Source of the DNA: Mytilus californianus
Lineage: Eukaryota
DNA length: 64,000 bases
Direction: 5' to 3'
Assembly (NCBI RefSeq): GCF_021869535.1
Contig: NW_026262679.1
Span: 117,924,001-117,988,000, forward strand
In this document: one piece after another, positions 51,256-63,934 of the stretch
Layout: every line of letters starts with the position of its first letter
How positions within the stretch are numbered: position 1 is the first letter of the stretch
Notes under the pieces: model-generated
The model's input: the letters and a program-made list of their open reading frames with translations, nothing else
Told to the model about the DNA's origin: nothing
Database searches by the model: none
Made by a program: the position numbers and the translations under genes

Positions 51256-52095
51256 TCACACATCAGAATCCTCGTCCTCACCGCAAGTGAATAATAGTCC
51301 GGGAATCTGTCCAAATTTTGTGTCAGTTCCATTTCTACTGTATTACGACTTACTGAATTAGAAACGAACTGTCCCACAGTTTACGCTTGTTGTCCCACCA
51401 TTGGCTTGGTAGGTATCAAGTCCTTCTGCATTCGTCAGTTTCACGACAACAGTATGTGTCTTGCTATTTGTGAAAGTGACCGGATGTTCTAACAACTCAG
51501 GGTATGTATGTTGAGATTCACTAGTTTTCAATCTTGTTCGTCTCGTTTCAACCTCATTGTCTACCTAGTCGTACAAGGAGCATGTGATATCGTACACACC
51601 CTCGCCAAGGTAGGAGCCGTAAACGAGAACACCATGTAAAATTATAGGACGGTTTGTTGTGAAGGCAATAGCACCAGGTTCCCCACCGCAATACCAAGAG
51701 CCATTTTCGTATCATGATAGAATGGTACCGGATACATATTTGAATAGGACGGGTATCTTCCGAATCTTTGGCCTCAAGTTCGTCAATTTTTTCTTTACGT
51801 TCATGTGTTATAAATGCAGTTATTTTGCTACCTTTCTGATAAAAGAATGTGAATACTTCAACCTTCTTTGTCTGACAAGATATCCATTTCTGAAATTACA
51901 TCCGTAAAATACTCTTACCCCATAAGCGGGAATCTAATTTTAAAATACAAAAGGTGACCAAGCTCGGCGCGCTGATTTTCAATGTTAACGTCTTTGTCCT
52001 TCTTGGTACATTTGTTCAAAGCCCATTTGAGCACACATGACAAATTTGTCTGTCCATCAACTCGTAATTAGTCGTCCTGCAGTACAAGGTCTATA
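51256..52095 (-). pseudogene. Intronless BACK-PHR (BTB/BACK/PHR, BTBD1/2/3/6-like) pseudogene, N-terminal BTB missing
   Basis: Translates as VLKWALNKC...ENQRAELGHLLYFKIRFPLMG*EYF...DIL; CIRYH...WYCGGEPGAIAFTTNRPIILHGVLVYGSY...; SRNGTDTKFGQIPGLLFTC. There are at least 5 in-frame stops and 2 frameshifts. Confidence 0.85.
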
Positions 52096-52097
52096 CA

Positions 52098-52432
52098 ATG
52101 AGAGCTAAGCTCGAGGAATTCATTTGAGTGCAAGACCTCTGGTGCATGAATTCTTAGGTCAAGGTCAGATGAACCATGCCAGACAGACACGTACACCTTA
52201 CAATCAGTCTATGCATTAAATATAGTTGATCAATTGCTTATAGTATCTAAGAAACAAACTTGCCATGAAAACTAACATTAACCAATGAACCATGAAAATG
52301 AGGTTAAGGTCAGATGAAACCTGCCAGAGAGACATATACTAAACACCTTACAATCATTTTTACACCAAATATAGTTGACCTATTGTTTATAGTTTAAGAA
52401 AAACAGAACAAAACACAAAAACTTTCGTTTTT
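52098..52432 (+). mobile_element. HINE-like fragment with two ~150 bp units, abutting the pseudogene
   Basis: AAGGTCAGATGAA.C.TGCCAGA.AGAC...CACCTTACAATC...AAATATAGTTGA at ~52161 and ~52307. Confidence 0.6.
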
Positions 52433-53536
52433 TTTGGTGCCATTACATGTCTAATGTATTATATATTCTTTCCCCACCTACAACATTTATTAAGATTAAC
52501 TCGGATTTTACTCATTAATTTACTGTCTATTTCATAGTTAATGAAAATGGAGACTGTCTTTGACTGGGAAGTCCAAACCTATATTACTGACCTTTGTTAT
52601 TTATAAGTTATCATTATAATGACTTTCCTGTACAAAATAAAACTTTTTGCATTTCTTTTTTATTTCATCCACATACATGTATATAATCCTCGTCTTTTCT
52701 CTTTGCCACAAGACTATGTTCTTAGTATCCCTGACGAATCCAGACTCTTGAGTCAGAGCGTCCCTGATGAATCAAAACTTCAGACTTTAGACTCGTAGTG
52801 ACCCTGATTCAAACTGCAACACTAATGAAAAAAATCCCCAACATATTGGTATTTTTTTTTTTAATTCATAAATCATCATCAAATACACTTATTGCTTCGG
52901 AATTCTATTTTTAAAATTAACATTGACAAGTGCTGATTTCTATTCTTTTTGGTATTATATCATGACTATGTATCCCATAAACCATGATTTTTTAAATATT
53001 CCTTACCATTCGGAGCACAAAAAGCCCTTTTCAGGTATTCATTAGAATGTCCTCATTCACGACAATAAATATTTCGGTTTGTCTATGATTATCCGAGAGA
53101 ACAATATTTCCGTGCTACTTTACAATTTCAATTACTATTATTCTTAAAATTAACTTAATTCCTGTTTTAACAAAAGATAATAGATAAAGAGTTGAAAATG
53201 GGTTATTACTACTAAGGTACGTTATTTGTGATCAGCTTTCTGCCTGCATTGAAAGTTCTTTGTCAGAACATCTTTAAATATTTAAAAGTATTAGGGCAAG
53301 GCACTTTAGTAAAAACTTCATTTACCACCTATTTCTGAAACTATTATTCTTTTATTTATTTCACAGTTGAATTGAAGTTTTCTGAAGTAAATTGCTACCA
53401 CGTGGATTTTAAGTAGTATTAAATTTGTGTATTTTAAAAGTAAACAAACTTTTGTTACTGAAATCAGACAACTATTAGACGACAGCTTTTCGCGGCGCCT
53501 GACAGTGTGAATTATCGATAGATAATTACTATATGT

Positions 53537-53880
53537 GGGTTTGGTGGTCTAGTGGTTAAGACTGATGGCTTCAGTGCTGAAGGTCCTGGGTTCCATCCTG
53601 GAAATTTCAGTACATTAGAAGGTATGATTAACACAGAAACAAATACACAACAGAGTCCAAATGAAGCGTATTTAGTTAACCATAACCTCCCACACAAATC
53701 TCTGGTACCCAGACCGGAGTTTAAACTAGAATGGGTACTTTGAGGGCCTCAGTTGGTCAAAGTGGCCCCCGACTTTGACCAGAAGATCAATCTTCAGATA
53801 TCTCTTCGGTTTGTCTGTTTCCGCCGAGTTGCCCGTTGGTTCTCTCCGAGTACTTCGGCTTCCTCTACCATAATAACAAA
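53537..53880 (+). mobile_element. Degenerate SINE with tRNA-Glu-like head and V-domain-like core
   Basis: GGTGGTCTAGTGGTTAAGACT...GGTCCTGGGTTCCATCCTGG (A/B boxes; stems broken), and GGTTCTCTCCGAGTACTTCGGCTTCCTCTACCA at ~53838-53870 resembles the core of the 23951-24203 SINE. Confidence 0.5.
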
Positions 53881-54677
53881 CTTCCCGGTGTCCTAGCACT
53901 CCCACGGAATGGGTTTTGATTTGTCCATGGTGGGTGGTACATAAGTTAGTGACACATCTCCATTAATCCTGTTAAGGAGTGTACATGGATACCACTGTAC
54001 CCTCGCAGCTTTCGAGGAGAGCTCCAAATAACGGAGGTATCAACCAGTACATACAAAGACATGTATATACAATTTTTAAATTTTTTTATAGTACATTAAC
54101 TTTACAATCATAGTTCAACTTAGATTTTTTCCCTTTTTTAAATCTCATTTGAGAATTTGAAACAGTCTTTGTTACATCGCAGTTGTTTATAGGTTTGTTT
54201 GATGGTTTATCTTATCTTTATCTGTTTTTTAGTGATTTTATATGGTAATTTCTTTGTGCACAATTCTATAAAACATTTTGAAGTATGGTTTTCAATTTTT
54301 TGTTCCTGTAAATTGGCAAATTTAAGTTATATTGGATATCAGATACTAAGCTATCTGGTATACCAGTAAAAGTACTGGCCCTAGTATTGTGCCACGAAGA
54401 AGGCCTGATGTAACTGGTCTTTTTTCAAATAGTGTTTCCAAATAGTATTGTTTGTGTTTTATTGTATATGAATGATTTAATCTATTTGGTTGCCTGATCT
54501 TCGTCTTGGTCTGAATGCTTAAACGAAGATTTTGTATAATTTCAATTTTTTTTTTGTAAGAGACGGCAATTTTTGACGTCCAATATCAATGTAGATATTT
54601 ACCTTTCATATTTCACAAAATGTAAGCCAGGTATCTATGGTGAATTTAATTGAAGATGGTATTATCTTGACGTTCTT

Positions 54678-54860
54678 TCAAAGGCAAACGATGTTATTTT
54701 TCGCGACGTCAAACTGTGACATTTCGGGAAACGATGCATTTAACCATAAGCTTGAAAACAAGTACATGGACCTCTCTTTTTAAAAATGACATTTGGCTTG
54801 ATTTTGTATGAGGATTGTTTGTACCAATTTTTGTTAATTTGTTAATTTCTTCATTAGAAG
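54678..54860 (+). mobile_element. Fragment of the Kolobok-type family at 11894-13794
   Basis: TTCGCGACGTCAAACTGTGACAT...GATGCATTT...CTTGAAAAC.AGT.CATGGACC matches 13325-13430. Confidence 0.75.
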
Positions 54861-54894
54861 AAAAAAAAACGTTCCTCAAGCAAATGTTGAACAA

Positions 54895-57800
54895 AAAACT
54901 GAATCTTTTTTAAATGACATCACTATAAATCTAAACGAAATTCTCGATGTTATCAAAATTCTACATCTAAACAAGGCATCGTTACCTGATGTAATAAGTC
55001 ATAAGATGTTAAAAATTTGTCCCGAAAAGGTAGCCACACCCCTTCAAATAATTGTTGATAAAACTCCAGTGTTATCGCTATATTAAAAAGGGGGATAGCT
55101 GCCTTCCCTCTAATTATCGCCCAATATTATCAATAAGTTGTGTGGGAAAGGTTATGGGAACGAGTAGTATATAAACATATGTACAACCCTTTACAAATTC
55201 AAGAACTTATTTTTGAATACCAGTCTGGATTTTTACCAAAAACTTCAACTACTTATCAATTGACGGAAAATTACAATTGTATCATCAATTCACTGGAAAA
55301 AAAGGAAATGAACTGTTTTGTTTTTTGTGATTTTTCAAAGGCGTTTGATAAGGTTTGACATAAGGTACCACATGTATTATATAAATTAAAATCCTATGGA
55401 ATTCAAGGTAATCTACATAAATGGTTTCATGGCTATCTCAATGAAAGAAAACAAAGGGTAGTTATCAAACAGTCCTGTTCCTCTCCAAGATATGTTTTAG
55501 TTGGTGTCCCCAAGGGTCGGTCCTATGGCCTCTTCTTTTTATTATTCATATAAATGATATTGCAGAGAATCTATAATCACTTACTAGACTCTGTTAAGTT
55601 GTCAATTCTCTCAGTTATTCGAGTTACAAACTTATAGTAATCGATCTTTACCTGAATATCCTGGATGAATGGTCTAAAAGAAGGCTCATATCATTCAAAC
55701 TAGATAAAACTGAAATTATGCTTTTCTCGAATATCGAAGTACCAAATATGATCTTTACGTTTATTGGGTAAGATATTCCATTCACCGATTACCACAAACA
55801 CCTTGGAATTACACTTTGTAACGATGCAAAATGGCACAATTGTACCAAGTGTATCAAAATATATAAATACATAACGTAAGCTAAACTATAGACTTTAATT
55901 GATAAATTCAACAACACTTTTCGTTATCTTGATGATATTTTTTCGCTAAATAATCAAGAATTTTCTAAATATACTGCGAAATTTACCCAAAGGAACTTAC
56001 TTTAGATAAAGCAAACATAAACGGTAATAACTGTCCTTTCCTAGATTTAGATATTTCAGTTTTAGACGGGAAAGTCTACACTAAAATTCACGACAAAAGG
56101 GACGATTTTTCATTCCCTATTGTTAATTTTCCTTTTTTGGACGGTGATGTTCCTTTGGCACCATCTTACGAGGTTTATATTTAACAACTCGTTCGCTATG
56201 CCCGTGTCTGTTGTGACGTTTTGGATTTCAATGAACGTAACCTATGCATTACTGGTAAATTATTAAGTCAGAGATTTCGTTACCACACATTACTTTTTTT
56301 ACGGAGATGTTGTTTACCGAGCCCGGAAATTTAGTTACGATCCGGGTAAACTTATCGATTCTTTAATTAAACTTATTCTAAAAGGTTACCAATTCAACAC
56401 TATAACAAGATCTTTGAATATTGTTTTTATTGGTATTAATATTGATTTTTTTATCAGTAAATTAAAATCAAACTAAATATCATGTTTATATACATATGCA
56501 CATTCACGGCTCTACAATCTGTCGATACCTGTATCTTGGCATTGCACAAGGTCATGTTGTTCTCTGACTGTTAATGACGTCTTTACACTAAATCCATTGA
56601 ACGTTGGATGTGTACTGATTGATATTTTAGTCTTAGATGCATGATTTTTTTTATTAGTTGTTATTGGCTTTGAAATAGCTGTCAGTAACTACGAGTACAC
56701 TCAGATCTGTAATTGGTGTCTTTTTGTTGTGGGATGTATAAGTATCCTACCACGTCCACTCTGTTTTTGTTAGATGTATTTCTGCTTTTTATCCATCTGA
56801 TGAGTTAAGCCCTTTTCAACTGATTTTTATAGTTTGATCTTATGTTGTACTGTAACACCACTGTCCCAGGTTAGGGGAGGGTTGGTGCCATCAAACTAGT
56901 TTAACCCCGTCACATTCTATATGTGCCTGTCCCAAGTCAGGAGCCTGTAATTCAGTGGTTTTATATCATATTTGTTTTTCGTTCATTATTTTGTACATAA
57001 ATCAGGCCGTTAGTTTTCTCGTTTGAATTTTTTTACATTTGTCATTTCGGGGCCTTTTATAGCTGACTATGCGGTATGGGTTTTACTCATTGTTGAATGA
57101 CGTACGGTGACCTATAGTTGTTAATGTCTGTGTCATTTGGTCTCTTGTGGAGAGTTGTGTCATTGGCAATCATACCACATCTTCTTATTTTTATATATTA
57201 GCAGGTCAAACTTAGAAAAACTATACTTAGTACATATACGACCGATTTTTGAATATGTCAGTGAAGTTTGGGATATACTATGTGGAATTTTTAATACTAG
57301 CAAACAAGAAAAAATGGAACTTGAAGCTGCAAGAATTTTAACTGACTTTGAAATATTTACCAAAAAAAAAAATATTTATTAAGAAATTGGATAGGAATCT
57401 CTCCAGGACCGTCGCAGAAGAAGAAAACTGCAAATGCTATACAACGCGTATAACGGAAACGCCCCTAATTATCTTGGTGAATTGATGCCACCATCGATAC
57501 AATGCTTTAAAAAATGGTGTAGATATTATATTACCTTTCTGTAGAATTTCGATAAGTAGTGATTCATTTATCCCTATTAAGCAATGTAATAGATTAAACA
57601 TATATCTGTGCGAAAAACAGAAACGTCACCAAAATTTGAAAATTAATTAAAAAAAAGTTCTGGAGTGGGAAATAAAACGATGCCTAGTAACTATGCATTT
57701 GGTCCAAGAAAGTCAATATTTTTTAACGCAATTTAGATGTTCAGCTATATATATTACTTAATTTTGATCTTTTCCAAATAAATATTGTATCAGATCCATA

Positions 57801-57950
57801 TTGTCGCTGTGGGTTACCCCGTGAAGATTCTAATCATCTCTTCTTTATATGTTCTTTATATACAAATTTATATAGTAGTATAAATCTGACAAATAAGCAA
57901 AATGAGAAAATTTTTAGAAATGTTTTTGATTATATTGAAAAGACCAAAAG
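54895..57950 (+). mobile_element. Degenerate CR1-type LINE RT, split by a PLE insertion
   Basis: KGD...PSNYRPI, YQSGF, FCDFSKAFDKV, GVP(Q)GS, HKHLGITL and RKL.YRL|SRSNLEKLYLVHIRPIFEY.SEVWD, plus a C-terminal C.CG.P.EDSNHLFFIC motif. Many frameshifts. Confidence 0.9.
55895..57198 (+). mobile_element. 5'-truncated Penelope-like element: RT palm/thumb (stop at 56476) plus ~720 bp 3' region
   Basis: FNNTFRYLDDIFSLNN, PFLDLDI, KIHDKRDDFSFPIVNFPFLDGDVPLAPSYEVYI*QLVRYARVC. Both junctions restore the CR1 frame (RL|SRSN). Confidence 0.9.
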
Positions 57951-58049
57951 GAAGGAGAAGTTGGACTAACTTGTGTCTAATACTTTTGGTAATATTTTGG
58001 AAATAGAAGATGTTTAAACTAATACTACTAATTTATATGAACAAATCAC

Positions 58050-58300
58050 CGATGAATATTTTTTTAAATTGGATAAATATACAGCAAAACAAGCCGGTTT
58101 TTTTTTTTCTAAAATCATGAACATTTAATAGAAATGAATTATTTCCAAAGATTTGTTGCACAAATTTATAGCAATAAAGCATACGTATGTAAAGAAGATA
58201 TTCCAAAATGCTTTTACCAAAATCCGCTTGTGTTTATCTTTTGAAACAAAAAAATAGAAATGTCTGTCCAAAGGATAGAAATTACTAAGATATAAAAATT
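58050..58300 (+). mobile_element. Internal fragment related to the Kolobok-type family at 13500-13625
   Basis: TTTTTAAATT.GATAAATATAC...AAATCATGAA...ATTATTTCCAAAGA...TCCAAAGGATAGAAAT. Confidence 0.55.
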
Positions 58301-59424
58301 TTGAGTAAATGACAGGTTTACTTTGAGTTTCTTTAGAGACAAATTGTATTTTGATGTTCCATGTTAAGAATAACACTGCATTCAAAGAAACGGCATGTTC
58401 TTTGTTGGAATCAATTTTAGTTGAATGTTCTGTATAAACATAATTACTTTTACATTTTATGTTCGATGCAAGAAACAACATTAACATGCTTAATCTGTAG
58501 TTCTAATGAAGAAACAGTATTGCTTTCAAGATTTGGTAATATTTTTATGTTCGCTGTGGGAAACAGTTTAGCATCAAAGTTTTTGAAAAAGATGATTTTA
58601 TATTTTCGTTCGTTTTAAGAAACGGTTTTAGTCTGATATTCTTTGTTTGCAAGAGTCTCAAAGATTACGTTCTTAATCATTGTACAATTTATTTCTATTT
58701 CTTTAGATTTGAGATGCCGAGAAGATAAACTTGTAAAGTTTAAAGTAGGTGATACATACATCGTCATCAATCTGTGTAAAACCTCTCTACAACCTGCTGA
58801 TAAAATCATTTCAAATTGTTAGCAAATAAAGATGAAAAATATTTTTACAGCAGTGTAAAGTGGATGTTAATCTAATACAAGCAAGTTGTTACAAATTATG
58901 TCTGTTCTGATTTGATGTGAGATATCTTAATGAGGCATGTCATTACATCACTTTCTTACGTCGACACCTCTGGCAGGGAAAGCACGTTATGTCGCTTAAT
59001 ATACATTTTTGTTTCCAATTTGGGTTAGAAATACATATATAATAAAACAAGAAAATACATACATTATCAAAAAAGATTTACTCTGACGAATAGTTATGAA
59101 ATGCTTGATTAAAATTTATTGTACGAGTAATTTTTTCCCAGTAGTTTTAAAAGTAAATTAAGCCTATAAATATATTGTTTGCTCATTACTGTGTCAATTG
59201 TTTTATGATTAGGGCCAGGATAACGAAACATACCATTGTGTCTTTTATCTGGTTCACATTTTGTCTGATATCATGTCACTTAAGTACATTTTTTTTTGCT
59301 GTTGATGATTGCAGATATAGAATATGACTATATTATGAATTTTGATTATAAACAGGTTATTGACTGCATATACAATAGACACTGCATAAATGGCAAACCT
59401 TTGTTTGTTAGACAGAACTAAACT

Positions 59425-61411
59425 TACCCACCTTGTTATAACTGCCAGCAGACCTTGTGAAACATAACCAAGATACCCACCTTGTAATAACTTCCAGTAG
59501 ACCTTGTGAAACAGAACAAATATAACCACCTTGTAATAACTTCCAGTAGACCTTGTGAAACAGAACAAATATAACCACCTTGTAATAACTTCCAGGAGAC
59601 GTTGTGTAACAGAACAAATATAACCACCTTGTAATAACTTCCAGTAGACGTTGTGTAACAGAACAAATATAACCACCTTGTAATAACTTCCAGTAGACCT
59701 GCCTGGAACAGAGCTAATATAACCACCTTGTAATAACTTCCTGTAGACCTTGTGAAACATAACAAATATAACCACCTTGTAATAACTTCCAGTAGACCTT
59801 GTGAAACAGAACAAATATAACCACCTTGTAATAACTTCCAGTAGACGTTGTGAAACAGAACAAATATAACCACCTTGTAATAACTTCAAGTAGACCTTGT
59901 GTAACAGAACTAATATAACCACCTTGTCATAGCTTCCAGTAGACGTTGTGTAACAGAACAAATATAACCACCTTGTAATAACTTCCAGTAGACGTTGTGT
60001 AACAGAACTAATATAACCACCTTGTAATAACTTCCAGTAGACCTTGTGTAACAGAACAAATATAACCACCTTGTAATAACTTCCTGTAGACCTTGTGAAA
60101 CATAACAAATATAACCACCTTGTAATAACTTCCAGTAGACCTTGTGTAACAGAACTAATATAACCACCTTGTAATAACTTCCAGTAGACCTGCCTGGAAC
60201 AGAGCTAATATAACCACCTTGTAATAACTTCCAGTAGACGTTGTGAAACAGAACAAATATAACCACCTTGTAATAACTTCCAGTAGACCTTGTGTAACAG
60301 AAATAATATAACCACATTGTAATAACTTCCAGTAGACCTTGTGAAACAGAACTAATATAACCACCTTGTAATAACTTCCAGTAGACCTGTCTGGAACAGA
60401 GCTAATATAACCACCTTGTAATAACTTCCAGTAGACCTGCCTGGAACAGAGCTAATATAACCACCTTGTAATAACTTCCTGTAGACCTGCCTGGAACAGA
60501 GCTAATATAACCACCTTGTTATAACTTCCAGTAGACCTGCCTGGAACAGAGCTAATATAACCACCTTGTAATAACTTCCAGTAGACGTTGTGAAACAGAA
60601 CAAATATAACCACCTTGTAATAACTTCCAGTAGACCTTGTGTAACAGAAGTAATATAACCACCTTGTAATAACTTCCAGTAGACCTTGTGAAACAGAACT
60701 AATATAACCACCTTGTAATAACTTCCAGTAGACCTGTCTGGAACAGAGCTAATATAACCACCTTGTAATAACTTCCAGTAGACCTGCCTGGAACAGAGCT
60801 AATATAACCACCTTGTAATAACTTCCTGTAGACCTGCCTGGAACAGAGCTAATATAACCACCTTGTTATAACTTCCAGTAGACCTGCCTGGAACAGAGCT
60901 AATATAACCACCTTGTAATAACTTCTAGGAGACCTTGTGTAACAGAACTAATATAACCACCTTGTAATTACTTCCAGTAGACCTTGTGTAACAGAACTAA
61001 TATAACCACCTTGTAATAACTTCCAGTAGACCTTGTGTAACAGAACTAATATAACCACCTTGTAATAACTTCCAGTAGACGTTGCGTAACAGAAATAATA
61101 TAACCACCTTGTAATAACTTCCAGTAGACGTTGTGAAACAGAAATAATATAACCACCTTGTAATAACTTACAGTGGATCATGTGTAACATAACTAATAGA
61201 ACACAGTAGACCTTGTGAAAAAGAAATAATATAACGTCCTTGTAATAACTTCCAGTAGACCTTGTTAAACAGAACTTATATAACCACCTTGTAATAACTT
61301 CCAGTAGATTTTTATAAACAGAACGTATATAACCACCTTGTAATAACTTCCAGTAGACCTTGTGTAAGAGCACTAATATAATCCCCTGGGTTATTACTTT
61401 CAGTAGTCTGT
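59425..61411 (+). repeat. 49 bp satellite array (~40 copies)
   Basis: Unit ATAACCACCTTGTAATAACTTCCAGTAGACCTTGTGAAACAGAACAAAT (period 49 at 59522/59571). Confidence 0.95.
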
Positions 61412-61414
61412 CAA

Positions 61415-61980
61415 ACAAGGTCTACTGGAATAAACAACAAGGTGGTTATAGTACAATCACACAAGGTCTACTGGAATAAATAACAAGGTGGTTATAGTAC
61501 AATCACACAATGTCTACTGGAATAAATAACAAGGTGGTTATAGAACAATCACACAAGGTCTACTTGAATAAATAACAAGGTGGTTATAGTACAATCACAC
61601 AAGGTCTACTGGAATAAATAACAAGGTGGTTATAGTACAATCACACAATGTGTACTGGAATAAATAACAAGGTCGTTATAGTACAATCACACAAGGTCTA
61701 CTGGAATAAATAACAAGGTGGTTATAGTACAATCACACAAGGTCTACTGGAATAAATAACAAGGTGATTATAGTACAATCACACAATGTCTACTGGAATA
61801 AATAACAAGGTGGTTATAGTACAATCACACAAGGTCTACTGAATAAATAACAAGGTGGTTATAGTACAATCAAACAAGGTCTACTGGAATAAATAACAAG
61901 GTGGTTATAGTACAATCAAACAAGGTCTACTGGAATAAATAACAAGGTGGTTATAGTACAATCACACAAGGTCTTCTTGG
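61415..61980 (-). repeat. 46 bp satellite array (~12 copies), inverted relative of the 49 bp unit
   Basis: Unit ACAAGGTCTACTGGAATAAATAACAAGGTGGTTATAGTACAATCAC; its reverse complement contains ATAACCACCTTGT and TTCCAGTAGACCTTGT. Confidence 0.95.
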
Positions 61981-62984
61981 AGTGATAAGAAAGGGAATAA
62001 TGGTTGTGGAAGTATTAACTAAGGGGGTATATGCAAATCTGTCAAGCTCTAAAATTCACCCCGAATCTGAAATATTTGAGAATAAATGTAGCAGAGACTA
62101 TCAAAAGTCTGGATCAAAAATGATTATCGGATCCATATTAAATAAGAACAAAAGTCCGACTAAAGAGACAATAACTGACGATGTTCCTGACTTTAAGCAG
62201 CCACACACACATTTAACAGGATTAAAGTATTTATTTTATGTAACTCCTTCACCCAATTAATCTCGATCCGCTGACTAAGAGAAGGTGAACACGAGGAACA
62301 GTCTAGCAAAACATTTAACTTAAATAAACGTTATTACTAGATAAACAAAGATACAAGTACAAATAAATAGTAATAGATAATACCGTAGTAAATACTGCTT
62401 CCAGTTGCTGCAATCCAGCTAAAAGTAGTATACATGTATCTGCTTATATTAGACCATAGTATCCTACACTGTAATTTCGGAATTTGTACTTAGGAGGATA
62501 TTTCATATAGCAACGTACGTTATAAAGAGTAAAGGAAGAAACGATTTTGTGCAGTGCTCAGAACTCACATGTACAGAATTTCAAAGAATAAACAAAGGAA
62601 CCATTTGAGTCTTTGCATCGTAGTTTAGAATAGAAGACGGCTATTTATTCGAATAAATAATACTTATCTCATCGTATATACATATTTGAAACTTAATGCA
62701 AGAAAAAAGAAGAAAAAGAAAGAAAAGTTACTTTAGAACACTACAGCTTGTATCAATTAGAATATTTTATTTAATGGATAGATAGTAACTAAAATCTTCA
62801 AAGGAAATTTGTACATTTTATTAGGCATACAATAATTCATAAACAGTTCGTCGTGAATTTGTAAATGTTATCTGAAGTTTTGCAATTAGTATAATTATGA
62901 TTGTAAACAGCGTGATTTCATTAACCTTGATGCATCTCCCAGTAACATCTAAACGTCTGTAATACATATATTAATATTACAGAG

Positions 62985-63430
62985 TAAATAAACCTTATTA
63001 CTAACGGGATATCACATCCTAATTTTTAGCGGGGTTGAACGAGGTCCAAAACTGGTAGTGTCAGACGGCTGGATTTAAAAGCAGTACCTAACTTGTGTCA
63101 TCAACTCCTCCTACAGTTGTCAATCCAGATCCCGAAACTTTACATAAAGATTCCACATATGTTGAAGTTGTGCACCTGCTATAACGGAATTGTTTGAGGA
63201 TTTTTTTCTTATTTTTTCAGACTTGGGAACTTAGTCATTATTAAGCAAAATTTATGAAAGAGGGTAAACATTTTGTGTATTCAACTCTTACAGTTTTCCA
63301 CCCAAATCCCTGAAACTTCACAGGTATATTACACATATGTTGAAGTTGTGCACCTGTTTTTATGGAATGAAAGTTTTACATTTCATATTTCAAATATTTA
63401 CATATTCAGTATAGAGCATTCTCTATTGTT
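62985..63430 (-). mobile_element. HINE-like fragment with two ~175 bp units
   Basis: GAAACTT.ACA...ACATATGTTGAAGTTGTGCACCTG at ~63135 and ~63312, with a TTTTTAGC terminus near 63022. Confidence 0.5.
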
Positions 63431-63934
63431 TAAGAAACATTCTGCACAACCAGGCCATTTGAGTACTTTGGTCTATCTTTTAGGTAATGTTGTTTATTGA
63501 GCTTGTCAATTTAAATACGATCCATGTAAACTTATCAAACCATCATAAAGGTAGTCAATATATTACTACAGTAAGATATTTGAGTATAGTTTTATTGGCA
63601 CTATTATTGGTTTTGTTATTTAATAAACTAAACCTTAACGATGTATATATGTATTGCTACAGTACAGTTATAAAAACTAAAGGGCCTACATATTGTCGAT
63701 AATTATACTTGGTTTCTCACAGACTATTTATTACATCTCAACACTAAAGCAGTTGTATGTGATATTTTATTCCGTAAAACATGATTAATTTGTTATTTAT
63801 TAGTTGTAATTAGCACTGAACTAGCTTTCGATACCAGCATGTACTCTTAGGTCTATACTATTCGTCTTTTATCCCTTTGTCTTTTGTCTTTTTACTATTT
63901 AGTTTTTGAACTTCATACCGATTTGACGAGTCTA

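Noticed and set aside
52725-52785. Two CTGA(C/T)GA hammerhead-like starts
   Set aside because: No correctly placed stem II or GAAA follows; at most these are fragments of a decayed repeat.
53537-53610. Functional tRNA-Glu gene
   Set aside because: The acceptor and anticodon stems do not pair, the T-loop is shortened, and no T-run terminator follows. It is treated as a SINE head.
56797-56824. SECIS, hammerhead or C/D motif in the PLE 3' region (CTGATGAGTT...AACTGAT)
   Set aside because: The helix is far shorter than the 11-12 bp SECIS helix II, and there is no GAAA for a hammerhead. It folds as a simple 7 bp hairpin.
59254-61418. Up to 284 aa minus-strand repeat ORFs
   Set aside because: They are translations of the 49 bp satellite, cycling through three frames.
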